From the NCBI GenBank assembly GCA_963779615.1, contig CAVZZA010000003.1, positions 64,001-128,000 of the forward strand: DNA of 64,000 nt. The letters are read 5' to 3'. The stretch comes from an uncultured Nitrososphaeraceae archaeon. Lineage in GTDB: Archaea; Thermoproteota; Nitrososphaeria; Nitrososphaerales; Nitrososphaeraceae. The position numbers and the translations under genes are program-made. The notes under the pieces are model-generated. The model saw only the letters and a list, made by a program, of their open reading frames with translations, had not been told where the DNA came from and did not search any database. This document shows positions 32,830 through 43,206 of this stretch, piece after piece; positions within the stretch are counted from its first letter, which is position 1; the number at the start of each line of letters is the position of its first letter.

Positions 32830-33579
32830 ATTTTCCCTCGTTGTATTCTCGGTTTTATTTATTGACTCACTAAAGGATTTAGGGATCCTTATCCATATCC
32901 TTGAAACTGCATTGTTCTTTCAATGATGATGATTATGCCGCCGCCGCCGCTTTTCTCACAATGGAAATAATGCATATGAGGGCCTAGTTTCAAGAACAGC
33001 CCCACAAGCATAAGGTGGATGCAAATATTACCACCGTTTGCTGTGGACAGTGGATGTTACCATTTTCCCTTGCTGGATACTACACCTACCATTATGCCGC
33101 AGCGGATAGGACCATACCTCAACTGTTCCTTGGGTTCCATATACCTCCTTCCCTTCCCCTTGCTCAACAAAGGTGACATAAATAACAATCCTATAGGAAC
33201 ATCCAGTATCCAATTTGCTCCACTCCGAATGAAAAATTGATGGAGTCAATTGTTATGACTCAACCTTTAACCTCTGCCATCTACCAGCCGTGTTTGATAA
33301 CATATGGAGCCAATAAATATAGCAATATTAGTGATATTGCCATCCATAGGCAATACCAAGGCATCAGGTACTTACAAGTCGTTTTCCCCTTTCGCAACAA
33401 ATAATGCTAAATCTTCACCAAAAGGCGATAAACCTACTGTTTATGCATAGAAATGGCTGAATCTATTATTGGATCATTATAGCATTGTATAGTGCCTTAG
33501 GTTTATTGACTATCGACTGAATTTGTTTATTAATTTGTTTATATTTTATGACGTGGATAATGAACATGAGCACCGTACC

Positions 33580-34653
33580 ATGACCTTGGAAAAAAAAGAT
33601 CAAGGTGTATTAGGAATACACCATGTTACAGCTATCGCACGTGACCCTCAAAAGAATTTTGATTTTTATGCAGGCATCCTGGGATTAAGATTGGTTAAAT
33701 TAACGGTAAATTTTGACGACATAACCACATATCATTTGTACTATGGTGATGAATTAGGGCGACCAGGAACCATACTTACATTTTTCCCATGGAAAAACAT
33801 ACATCAGGGATGGAGGGGAACAGGGGAAGTGGTCACTACATCATTTTTAATTCCTCAAAATGCTATCGACTACTGGAGTGATAGATTCGAGGATAAGGGA
33901 GTGGAACATACAGAACCCACTAGGCGATTTGACAATAATGAGCAAATTATAACATTTTATGATACGGATGGTTTAAAATTGGAACTTGTAGCCAATAAAG
34001 AAGCAGAAAATAGAAAAACAAATGCCTGGAAAAATTGCCCCATTCCTGCAGATTATGCTATCAGGGGACTTTATTCTGTTACTCTGTCTTTAGACGGATA
34101 CGATAAAACTGCATCTCTATTAACGAATGAAATTGGGTTTTCTAGAATAGCGCATGAAGGAAACAGATTTCGTTTCCAAATAAAAGACAAGTTCAATGAA
34201 TCCTCATTAAAGAATCCTGACAGCAATGAGTATGAAAGATCTATGCATTCTACATCATCTATTGTTGACATAGTCTGTCTTCCATACACACAGCCTGGAA
34301 CCATTGGTGCAGGCAGCGTTCATCATGTTGCATGGCGAACTCCAACTGATGAAAGTCAATTAGAAATGCGAAAAAAAATTACAAGAACAGGGTTAAACGC
34401 AACCCCCGTAATTGATCGCTTATACTTTCATTCAGTATATTTTAGGGAACCAGGAGGCGTTCTTTTTGAGATAGCAACAGACCCCCCTGGCTTTTTGATA
34501 AATCAAAAACCGGAGGAGTTAGGACAAAAGCTTGTCTTACCCAAGTGGTTGGAGCCTAAACGAGGTTACATTGAAAAGACTTTGCCATCAATTGACGTTA
34601 CAAATATTGGAAATATTAACTCGATAAAAGAGAGCAGGAGCGATTTAAATTGA
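33580..34653 (+). CDS. ring-cleaving dioxygenase/glyoxalase (MhqA/MhqE/MhqO-like)
   Basis: GIHHVTAIA, LVKLTVNFDD..TYHLYYGD, GSVHHVAWR, DRLYFHSVYFREPGGVLFEIATDPPGF; start moved to ATG 33580. Confidence 0.9.
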   Translation: MTLEKKDQGVLGIHHVTAIARDPQKNFDFYAGILGLRLVKLTVNFDDITTYHLYYGDELGRPGTILTFFPWKNIHQGWRGTGEVVTTSFLIPQNAIDYWSDRFEDKGVEHTEPTRRFDNNEQIITFYDTDGLKLELVANKEAENRKTNAWKNCPIPADYAIRGLYSVTLSLDGYDKTASLLTNEIGFSRIAHEGNRFRFQIKDKFNESSLKNPDSNEYERSMHSTSSIVDIVCLPYTQPGTIGAGSVHHVAWRTPTDESQLEMRKKITRTGLNATPVIDRLYFHSVYFREPGGVLFEIATDPPGFLINQKPEELGQKLVLPKWLEPKRGYIEKTLPSIDVTNIGNINSIKESRSDLN

Positions 34654-35321
34654 GTGATGAAAGCCTTAATTTTATACATCGTTTTATGCCATCAACTACA
34701 AGTTCTGAAAAAGAGTACGGTAGTGATGAAAATAAAATAAAATCATTGTCCCCAACTTTATTACTGCTCCATGGGACAGGGGGAAATGAAAGGGATTTGA
34801 TACCGCTTGGTCGCAGGATATATCCAAATTCATCCATACTTAGTCCAAGGGGTAAAGTGTTGGAACATGGAATGCCCCGATTCTTTAGGAGATTAGCGGA
34901 AGGAGTTTTTGACATAGAGGATCTTAGGTTTAGAACACGGGAATTGGCAAAATTTGTTTATGAAGCATCGTTAAAGTATTCATTTGATTTAGGCAAAACA
35001 GTTGCTGTAGGCTTTTCAAATGGCGCAAACATTGGTGCAAGTCTCCTTTTACTTGATCCTCAAGTTATAGCAGGTGCTGTATTGTTTCGCCCCATGGTAC
35101 CATTTATTCCCAATGACCCTTTACCTGACTTGTCCGAAAAGAAAGTATTTATTTTGTCAGGACAATACGACCCCATTGTCTCAAAAAAGCAAGCAGAAGA
35201 TTTATTTTCATTATTGGAAGGTTCTGGTGCAAAAGTGGAAATGCAATGGCAGGCAAGTGGACACGAGATAACCCAAAACGATGTACAGGTTGCAAAAAAA
35301 TGGCTATCAGAGAATTTCTAA
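34650..35321 (+). CDS. alpha/beta hydrolase (MhqD-like carboxylesterase)
   Basis: LLLHGTGGNE, PRFFRRLAEGVFD, GFSNGANI, GHE; overlaps upstream stop. Confidence 0.9.
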   Translation: MSDESLNFIHRFMPSTTSSEKEYGSDENKIKSLSPTLLLLHGTGGNERDLIPLGRRIYPNSSILSPRGKVLEHGMPRFFRRLAEGVFDIEDLRFRTRELAKFVYEASLKYSFDLGKTVAVGFSNGANIGASLLLLDPQVIAGAVLFRPMVPFIPNDPLPDLSEKKVFILSGQYDPIVSKKQAEDLFSLLEGSGAKVEMQWQASGHEITQNDVQVAKKWLSENF

Positions 35322-35374
35322 ACATCCCATAACAACAGTTATCGATAAATAATTAATTAGTAATATACACATCA

Positions 35375-36298
35375 TTGGATAACGAACACTGGCCAGCACT
35401 GCCATTGGAAGAGTGGAAAGACACATACGACACACTTCACAGATGGACTCAAATAGTCGGAAAGATTCGACTTGCAACCGCACCGCTGGAGAATCACTGG
35501 TGGAATACCACCCTGTATGTCAACCCCAGGGGACTCACGACATCAGCCATGCACTATAATGGCACAACCTTCCAGATGGACTTTGATTTCATTGATCACA
35601 ACCTTCTAATCCAAACTAATGAGGGCTCTACGAAGACAATTGCGTTGCGTCCCCGCTCTGTGGCTGATTTTTATCAAGAAACGGTATCTGCCTTGGGGGA
35701 CCTTGAGATTTACGTTCCCATCTGGACGACACCTGTGGAAGTGCAGGATCGAACCCCTTTTGAGGAAGATGACAAGCACGCCTCATACAATCCTGAATAT
35801 GTGCAGCGATTATGGAGTATTTTATCACAGACAAGCAGAGTATTTACCGAGTTTCGATCTCATTTTATAGGCAAGGTGAGCCCGGTCCATTTTTTCTGGG
35901 GTGCGTTTGATCTTGCCGTTACGCGCTTTTCGGGACGTAGTGCCCCACCGCATCCAGGAGCATCAAACCTTGCCCGATTTGTCGCTGTTGAAGCATATAC
36001 CCATGAAGTCAGTAGTTGCGGCTTCTGGCCAGGCGGTGGTCCTATAGACGAACCTGTGTTCTATGCATATGCCTATCCTGAACCAACGGGATTTAAGGAC
36101 TTTAATATCCAGGCACCAAATGCATTCTATAGTTCAGATATGAAAGAATTCCTATTGCCCTATGAGACAGTTAGAACCTCCGAATCCCCCGATAGCGTCT
36201 TGATGACTTTCCTGCAAAGCACCTATGAGGCAGCAGCGACCCTTGCAAAGTGGGATAGGCAAGCATTGGAGCGTCAGCATAATGTGATTTATCCATAA
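35375..36298 (+). CDS. DUF5996 family protein
   Basis: WPALP..EW.DT..TLH.WTQIVGKIRL, FIGKVSPVHFFWGAFDLAVTRFSG, HEVSSCGFWPG. Confidence 0.85.
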   Translation: MDNEHWPALPLEEWKDTYDTLHRWTQIVGKIRLATAPLENHWWNTTLYVNPRGLTTSAMHYNGTTFQMDFDFIDHNLLIQTNEGSTKTIALRPRSVADFYQETVSALGDLEIYVPIWTTPVEVQDRTPFEEDDKHASYNPEYVQRLWSILSQTSRVFTEFRSHFIGKVSPVHFFWGAFDLAVTRFSGRSAPPHPGASNLARFVAVEAYTHEVSSCGFWPGGGPIDEPVFYAYAYPEPTGFKDFNIQAPNAFYSSDMKEFLLPYETVRTSESPDSVLMTFLQSTYEAAATLAKWDRQALERQHNVIYP

Positions 36299-36399
36299 CA
36301 ATTGCAAATTCTGACAAGAATGCCCCTTGTTTCTTTTGTTATTTGGTATCTTGTTTATGCATTAAATTTAATGCATTAAAGTTACAAATTCCAATACAG

Positions 36400-36625
36400 C
36401 AAATCCATTCGCTCAGGCAAACGCATAGAAAAAGGGTGCAGACCTTTTGACCAATTCTGAAAAGTCTTTGTTATCTTTATGATATTTTACTAATATCTTG
36501 TTTGTCATGCCAAAACGTTTGAAGTACGACTACTGATTGCATGTTATCATTACACATATTACCGGTATCCTCCATCATAGAGCAAAATCCTTGAAAACCT
36601 TTTATCTTGTCTTTAATGGAGTAAA
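36400..36625 (-). pseudogene. possible decayed ABM-domain monooxygenase-like gene
   Basis: Fragment KIKGFQGFCSMMED...SVVVLQTFWHDKQD broken by frameshifts; IS6 end nearby at 36769-36779. Confidence 0.3.
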
Positions 36626-37248
36626 GAAATTACAGAACATATATACAACTTTATATTTATTTTTAGATATGCCACTTACCCCATTATTGCATTTTATATG
36701 TTCTATATCAGAAAGTTTATCCATTAATTTCATATCACGCATGAAAGAGATTTGGATTATTAACCTTATTGACAGAACCCATTATTAAAAATATTAAACA
36801 GTATAAAATACGGTATATTGTTGCATCTTACGGTAACAGACATCCAATTGATATCCAATTCTCCGCAAGGAATAGCAGTAATTGAACAGGGTTCAGAAGA
36901 TCTTTATACCTATGTTAACATTATTACTTTTGGAATTGACGTTGCAGCAGGAATTATTGGTGGTATTTCATCACTTATTGCTATAAGTTGATTAGATATA
37001 TTATATATAATATCGTCTTTTAATTTGTACTTTGTTTATTAAAAAATTTAACCCAAGATAACAATTTAATAATCCTAACAATTTATCATCGATTAAAGAA
37101 GGTTAAATAGCCATATAATCCAGTTACGGTTTAGCAATATTTTTGCTATATCTTAACAAGGAAAAGTATTCTTAATGATTAACGCATTCTATATCTCTAT
37201 GCTCATAGCAAATTTTGAAAAAAAATCAAAGATAAAAAAAGAAAGCCG

Positions 37249-38214
37249 CTATTTGTTTGGAACGTAGACATGGACATCAGAGTCTTTTCCATCACCTACA
37301 TATACATCCCCAATGGAGCTTATAGCTATTCCTACAGGGTCCTCAAACCGTTCCTCAAGAGGACCAGTGTTACCAAATTGGGCAAAATAATTCCCGTTGT
37401 TATCAAACACCTGTACACGGTTGTTGTCATTATCAACCACATACACATTATCCGCGGAATCTATTGCCATTTCAATTGGATTATCAAACTGACCATTCCC
37501 CTTTCCATAAGAGCCAAAACTCATCAAAAAGTTCCCGTTTTTATCAAATTTTTGTATTCTGTCATTGCCCGAGTCCGCTACAAAAATGTAATCAAGAGAA
37601 TCTATCGATACATCAGTAGGATCGATAAATTGACCATTCCCCTTTCCATAAGAGCCAAAACTCATCAAAAAGTTCCCGTTTTTATCAAATTTTTGTACAT
37701 TGTTTTTTTCACCAAAGTCAGTAGCATATACGTTGTCTTCTTGGTCTACACCCAAACCACCTGGATTGATAAACTGCCCAGGTCCCAAACCAAATGATCC
37801 AAAGGAACGGTTGAATGTTCCGTTTTTATCAAATTCTTTGATAGCATAATTTGGGTTTCCAAAATCCGCCACGAAGATATTATCTTTTGAATCTATAGCG
37901 ATACCTGAAGGGTGAGTAAAATATTGGGGACCGTTACCTAATATTCCGAACCCTAAAATATAGGTCCCATTAGGTGTAAGTTTTTGTATCATTTTGGTAG
38001 AGTATCCGTTGAAGTCTGCCACATACACATTATTTGCCGAGTCTATACCTATACCAGTGACTTGTTTGAACTGTCCTAGGGACACGCCTTTTTCACCCCA
38101 CATTGTCTTGTGTGAAAATTCAAGGGCAAAAGTAAAAAGAGGGATTAAACTTACTATTACTAAAAAATACAACACCATTGTCAGACCAAAGATAAAAAAT
38201 GGTTCAACTTTCAT
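37249..38214 (-). CDS. secreted NHL-repeat beta-propeller protein
   Basis: Signal-like N-terminus, six GQF..P.GI.ID..DNVYVAD repeats. Confidence 0.9.
   Translation of the reverse strand: MKVEPFFIFGLTMVLYFLVIVSLIPLFTFALEFSHKTMWGEKGVSLGQFKQVTGIGIDSANNVYVADFNGYSTKMIQKLTPNGTYILGFGILGNGPQYFTHPSGIAIDSKDNIFVADFGNPNYAIKEFDKNGTFNRSFGSFGLGPGQFINPGGLGVDQEDNVYATDFGEKNNVQKFDKNGNFLMSFGSYGKGNGQFIDPTDVSIDSLDYIFVADSGNDRIQKFDKNGNFLMSFGSYGKGNGQFDNPIEMAIDSADNVYVVDNDNNRVQVFDNNGNYFAQFGNTGPLEERFEDPVGIAISSIGDVYVGDGKDSDVHVYVPNK
37490..37697. repeat. identical 67-bp direct repeat inside NHL gene
   Basis: 37490-37556 = 37631-37697, offset 141 nt (one 47-aa blade). Confidence 0.85.
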
Positions 38215-38739
38215 AACATCCTATCAAGAGGTATAATTTAAATACTTTTAATTTTCCCGGCAAAACCGCCAAAGGGAAGTGCAACCCTATAATATGTTGG
38301 AAAGCCTAAGGGATAAACAGGTTCTGGAAAATAATCAAAAATTGTCATCAGAAACAAAATCTTTTTTAGAAAAAAAGCAATGTCGAGACATTTGGATTAA
38401 CTACAGGATTCGGAGGATTGACCAAGTTGCTTGTTTTTTCACTCTTGATAATGGGAAGCCACTGCTTTTGTTTAATGAAGAACTAAGGTTGGATGAATTT
38501 CATCAATTGCGTACAGGTTTTTTACTACGCTCATGATAATAGACACCATAAGAATGTTCATATTGACTTTCATCACTCCACCCCTTACAATGAAAACCAG
38601 TATCAAAACAACAAAGCAATGAAGACATTTTCAATATTAAATTAATTGAGTTGATTGTTGATTTTGTTTAAATCCCAGAAAGAGCGGAATTTAAATGAAA
38701 AAAGGATGCACTGAATATAAAAAAAGGATAACTACTTCC

Positions 38740-38949
38740 TTATTCATACATGGTTTTCTCAGACTTGTTTGATCCTTCTTTTGCTTCCTCATAAATTATC
38801 ATTGCAGAGTGATACATCTCATTGTCTTTAAACGTCATAGAATATTTTATATTAATCAAGTTATTCTTGCCAACTTGTTCAAGGTAACTGTTTACGCCTT
38901 TTTCCAAGTTCCCCTCATCGCTTGATTTAAAAATTTTGATTTTTACCAT
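38740..38949 (-). CDS. small Cse60/DUF2758-like protein
   Basis: VKIKIF...E..LE..VN.YL......LINIKYS.....YHSAMIIY pattern. Confidence 0.6.
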   Translation of the reverse strand: MVKIKIFKSSDEGNLEKGVNSYLEQVGKNNLINIKYSMTFKDNEMYHSAMIIYEEAKEGSNKSEKTMYE

Positions 38950-39075
38950 AATTATTAAAGTATTTTGTCTTATTTGAATTTTAAATTTTTGGGTTCTGTT
39001 AACTTGGTTAGGATAATACTTGAGGCTTTATAGCCCTAGTGAGTATATATAAACTATTTTAAACATTATTGACTA

Positions 39076-39228
39076 ATGAATGACTTTGATAAATCCGTAA
39101 AGAAGATGAAAGATGCACAACAAGATGTTGATGCAAAGGTGGAAACTTCACAAGACCATGCAGAAGGAAAACCAAGTTCAGAAACACTGAACAAGGCAAA
39201 AAACAAGATTAAGGATGCACTCTCCTAA
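39076..39228 (+). CDS. small hydrophilic LEA/CsbD-like protein (50 aa), paralogue of 7959..8114
   Basis: Hand translation MNDFDKSVKKMKDAQQDVDAKVETSQDHAEGKPSSETLNKAKNKIKDALS; TATATATAAA ~30 nt upstream, T-run after stop. Confidence 0.75.
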   Translation: MNDFDKSVKKMKDAQQDVDAKVETSQDHAEGKPSSETLNKAKNKIKDALS

Positions 39229-39612
39229 ATTTTTTTAGTTCTGCTCATTCTATAGGTATTATTTTGTGTTTAAAATATAGATAAAATAAAACTTTGAAAT
39301 TTTTAATGATATGTATTTTTGCAGTTACTATCGTACCATTATATGTAAAACCTTTTTTTTATCCTATGGGGTAATTGCCAAAATGGGTTCAAGATCTAAA
39401 ATGCTATTACTCTCATATGCCTACCAAATAGAGTAAAAAACCGCAAGCCAGTCTCTAATCATTTGTTAAGTTTTTCAACAGGTCTAACTGCAAACAATGG
39501 TGTGAATAAGCATGGAGCAAAAGGATGGTAACAAATTAAATTTAAGAATAGCAAAATACACAGCAGGACAGCAGAATTGACAATATGTTATTTCAAAAAA
39601 CAATCAGGCTGT

Positions 39613-41601
39613 TTATTCCCCATTTTTCGCTTTGTCGTCTTTATGCTGGTTATCTGAATTAACGTATATCAAATTTATGAGCAATGGGGATAGTGTGGGG
39701 GGAGATGCCCTAATCTTTTTGGTTGCAATGTTATAGTAATGATCGACTAACTCGTTAAAGTGGTGGATCTGTCTGGCCATTAAACTTATGAAAGAAACTG
39801 CGGTTTGGCATTGTGAAGAAAGATCCTGCTTTTGCCTGTTTAATTCACTCGTTTCTCTCTTTGTTTTTTCCAGTGTCTGCTGTTGTTCTTTTATCGATGA
39901 GTTTATGTTCCCCAATTTTCTCAGATTCTCTATAAATGATTTCCAGTGTTCTGCTCTGTTACTGTTGTTGTTACTGTTACTGACATTTACGGCTTTGCTG
40001 CCCTTGTCTGTGCTGCCTTTGCTGCACTCGCCTTGAGGATCCAACTGTAACTTGCCACTTGCGGTTTCTGTCACCAATTGGCTGATGCTTATGATGTCAC
40101 TTTCGCTTATTCCGTTTTGGAAGAGATAATGCAAGGTTGTGCCTACAAATGGTGCTGATTGCATTGCCAGCCTATTGTTGTTCAGCTCTTGCTCTGCCTT
40201 AAAAAGCTCTTTTCTTTTTTCCTTGACTTTGTCTTCCAACAAAAACTTGTCATGGTAGTTTTCCTCAATGTCCCTTATGAACAAGGACACTGCATCTTGT
40301 GATGATAGGAAATCCTTTCTTGTTCCGGCAATTTCCAAAATGGTGTTCCATATCTGTTTTAGCTCTGTTAGTCCAAAATTCATTGCCTGCAGTTGCCCAT
40401 ACACACCCATCGTTTGCCTGTGCATGCTTACCTGAGATTCTAAATGTGAAACCAGGTTTTGCAAAGAACTTTTTTGTTCAAAGAGTTCATTGACCTCTTT
40501 CTGGTTTTCCGTTATTTGCAATTTGAGGGACAGTGAATTTTTATACGCCCTTATTATTTCGGCTGCGTCATAACCCTTCTCCTTAAAGTCATGGATTAGC
40601 TTGGCTAGTTCCTTTATGCCCTCATCCATGTTAATGTCATAGGTATCCCTTAACACTTTTTTTAGGTCTGCAAATATCTGAAGGTAGGTCATGGTGTTTT
40701 TTTCCCTCTTGTTTGTTATGGCAAGATTCTCCTCTGCCTGAGTCCTTTGCAACTCTAGTTCCTTTATTTCCTCCATTGCCTTTTTTCTGTATTCCTCAGC
40801 CTTGGAGTATTCTTTTTTCATTTGGGCAATACACAAAGAAATTCGGGAAACAAACGGCATTTCAGTTTCATCATTTGGATAGGGGGAGGAAGAGGGGGAG
40901 GCTGTTTGTTTTGATTTGGCATCAGGATGGTTTTCCTTTACCTGCGTGAGAGAGTTAAGACCGTCATCATTATCCTCCCGTGAACTGAAACCTGGTGTTT
41001 TGCCTGTTTTCTGGGGTTGCTGATATTGTGGTTGCCGGGTGGTGGTTGTGATGGTGTTATCCAGTCCACTTGCACTTAGCTTCGGTTGGGCATACCTGTT
41101 TCCATCCTTGTCAAAACCATCATCATCGACATCATAGTTGCCGTTTGGGGAAAAGGGTGACTTGTTTTTGTTGTTGGGGGAAGTGCCGTAAAAGTCAAAC
41201 AAGTCTTTAATCCATGCTGGTACGGTTGAGGGTGCAAGACCTTGCCTTTTGCAGTTCTTATAGACGTCCTCTATAAAGGAGGCGAACTCGTCGTAGTTGC
41301 CCTCGTATTTGTTATCGATGCCATCATCATCACCTTCATGTATGTCAAGTCTTTTCAGTATACCTATCATCCTAAAGCCCTGGGCGCATTGCCCAATCGA
41401 TATCTCCGACTTCCTGACCTTGATCGAAAACTCCCTCAGCGTGTCAATGTCGGGTGTCCCGATTTCTCCTTTCCAGTCGTTTATCAAATAATGCACCTTG
41501 CCTTTTGAGACATTGGTTTCTGAGGCTATTTGGTCCATCGATTTGCCGTTTAGGTAGCCTTGTATCACTAGCGATATGCCGGTTTGTTTTGAACTTGACA
41601 T
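39613..41601 (-). CDS. N-terminal HTH + long coiled-coil protein of unknown function
   Basis: 662 aa; YLNGKSMDQIASETNVSKGKVHYLI HTH, disordered linker, several heptad-rich stretches; no Walker A seen. Confidence 0.8.
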   Translation of the reverse strand: MSSSKQTGISLVIQGYLNGKSMDQIASETNVSKGKVHYLINDWKGEIGTPDIDTLREFSIKVRKSEISIGQCAQGFRMIGILKRLDIHEGDDDGIDNKYEGNYDEFASFIEDVYKNCKRQGLAPSTVPAWIKDLFDFYGTSPNNKNKSPFSPNGNYDVDDDGFDKDGNRYAQPKLSASGLDNTITTTTRQPQYQQPQKTGKTPGFSSREDNDDGLNSLTQVKENHPDAKSKQTASPSSSPYPNDETEMPFVSRISLCIAQMKKEYSKAEEYRKKAMEEIKELELQRTQAEENLAITNKREKNTMTYLQIFADLKKVLRDTYDINMDEGIKELAKLIHDFKEKGYDAAEIIRAYKNSLSLKLQITENQKEVNELFEQKSSLQNLVSHLESQVSMHRQTMGVYGQLQAMNFGLTELKQIWNTILEIAGTRKDFLSSQDAVSLFIRDIEENYHDKFLLEDKVKEKRKELFKAEQELNNNRLAMQSAPFVGTTLHYLFQNGISESDIISISQLVTETASGKLQLDPQGECSKGSTDKGSKAVNVSNSNNNSNRAEHWKSFIENLRKLGNINSSIKEQQQTLEKTKRETSELNRQKQDLSSQCQTAVSFISLMARQIHHFNELVDHYYNIATKKIRASPPTLSPLLINLIYVNSDNQHKDDKAKNGE

Positions 41602-41620
41602 TTATGGTATAGATAATATA

Positions 41621-41691
41621 TGGTCAAGTAGTATTTAAATTCGGTCATTTTGATCAATAAAGCGGTCAAAATAGTCAATTATTCGGTCAAA
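41621..41691 (-). repeat. phased TGACC direct-repeat array with 21-bp period around the TATA box
   Basis: GGTCA at 41622, 41643, 41664, 41685; variants GATCA 41652, AGTCA 41673; TATA (TTTAAATA on -) at 41632-41639. Confidence 0.8.
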
Positions 41692-41729
41692 TATAATGGT
41701 GCTTGGGGATGAGGTGATTATGCTCTGTT

Positions 41730-42095
41730 GGGCAGGGGCCAAAAGACGTATTCCATATGCTAAAACAAAAGAAGGTAAAAAAAGAAAACTGCAACATCCA
41801 TGTCTTGATAAAGCATATAATTCCGAGCCCGAAGAGCAAGCAATTGCAAAAAGAGGATATGTACCACATTTACCGTACAGGAGAAAAAAAGGAGAGGTCA
41901 AGAAAGATACGGAAAAGATCATAAATCGCAAAAAACATCCTGCAAGAAGATGGGTTGTGGAGAGAACCAACTCATGGCACAGCAGGTCCAGAAAGCTGTT
42001 CACATGGTATGAAAAGAAAGCAGAGAGATACCTTGGCTTGGTGCAGCTATCATATGGTATCATAATCTACAGAAAGATAGTTTTGGGATAGGCTC
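41730..42095 (+). mobile_element. IS5-family (IS427-like) 3' fragment, same family as 13432-14371
   Basis: CLDKAY, RWVVERTNSWH, right TIR TTTTGGGATAGGCTC at 42081-42095; left part missing. Confidence 0.85.
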
Positions 42096-42119
42096 TTAAT
42101 TTGCTTAACTGTTTTATGT

Positions 42120-43119
42120 GCTTTGTTGCATAACTAGTAATCAAAAGACTATTTCCATTTGTTTATGCCTTTCCCCTAAGCACGTTATACAAATATACTT
42201 TCATTATCATCTCTTTCACCATGTTTTGAAGCTTGGTAGCAGACACATATTCTCCATAGGTTTTCTTCATAGAAGAGAATGCAGTCTCAGCCATCCATCG
42301 CTTCCCATACCTTCTTTTCTTTTTCCATTTGGGTAGATCATCTGTTGTTTGCAATTTGGCCTCTCTGTTCCTTATCTTGTTGTTTTTGGGTGAGATGATG
42401 GAACTCTTACTTACCCTTATTCCTGGCAGAATGTTTTTCTCTTGAAGACACTTGAAATTCTCATTGCCATTATAGGCCCCATCTGCCAGGACTGTTTTGA
42501 TATTGGCAGCGGCGTTATTTTGCTTTAACATGCGGTCAACCAATCCACACAACACTTTTCCATCATGCACCTTTTCATCAGCCACTTCTAAAGCAAGGAT
42601 TTCCTTGGTCTTTATGTTCACTGCAAAATGTATTTTGAGACAGCCTTTCTTTTTTTAACAAACCACTTGTCCCTTAGCCATTGGCCCCTGTTTGTTACCT
42701 TGATGCCAGTGCTATCTACTGCTATGATAACATCATCATCATCCAATTCACTACTGCTTCTACCACTATCAATGTCAAGGTTGTTTTTCCTTCTGTTGAT
42801 TTGTGAATAGCTGGGATGGCTTGGCAGGTTCTTTCCCGTTGTTGCCTTTATGATCCCTTCTGTTTGCCTATAAGGCAGGTGAAAGTAAACCCTGATGCAA
42901 CCAATAAAAAGAATAAGGGAATTTGGATACCTGTACTTTCTGCCTCCCTTCTTTTCATCCATCTCTTCAACCTCGGTATCACGCCATAAATCCAGAAAGT
43001 CACAGGCAAATAGAATCTCTCCCCTCTTCTTACCATGGACCGGTTATAGGAAGGCCAGTCAGTCAATAATGTTAGTCTAATTTAATCCCAGCTAAATAGA
43101 TTGAGTCATGCAACAAAGC
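42120..43119 (-). mobile_element. IS5-family (IS903 group) element, frameshifted transposase
   Basis: 16-bp TIR GCTTTGTTGCAT(A/G)ACT; DWPSYN.S.VRRGE, PYRQTEG, AVDSTGIK, VHDGK, LADGAY, RWMAETAFS. Confidence 0.9.
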
Positions 43120-43206
43120 ATAAAAATAACAACATATTAAAACTATGAATTATATGGTTCTGTTAACTTATTTATGGTGATATAATGGTTACGAATAATT
43201 ATTATA

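Noticed and set aside
39613-41601. SMC/Rad50 ATPase
   Set aside because: No Walker A/B, signature or hinge/zinc-hook motif; the N-terminus is an HTH
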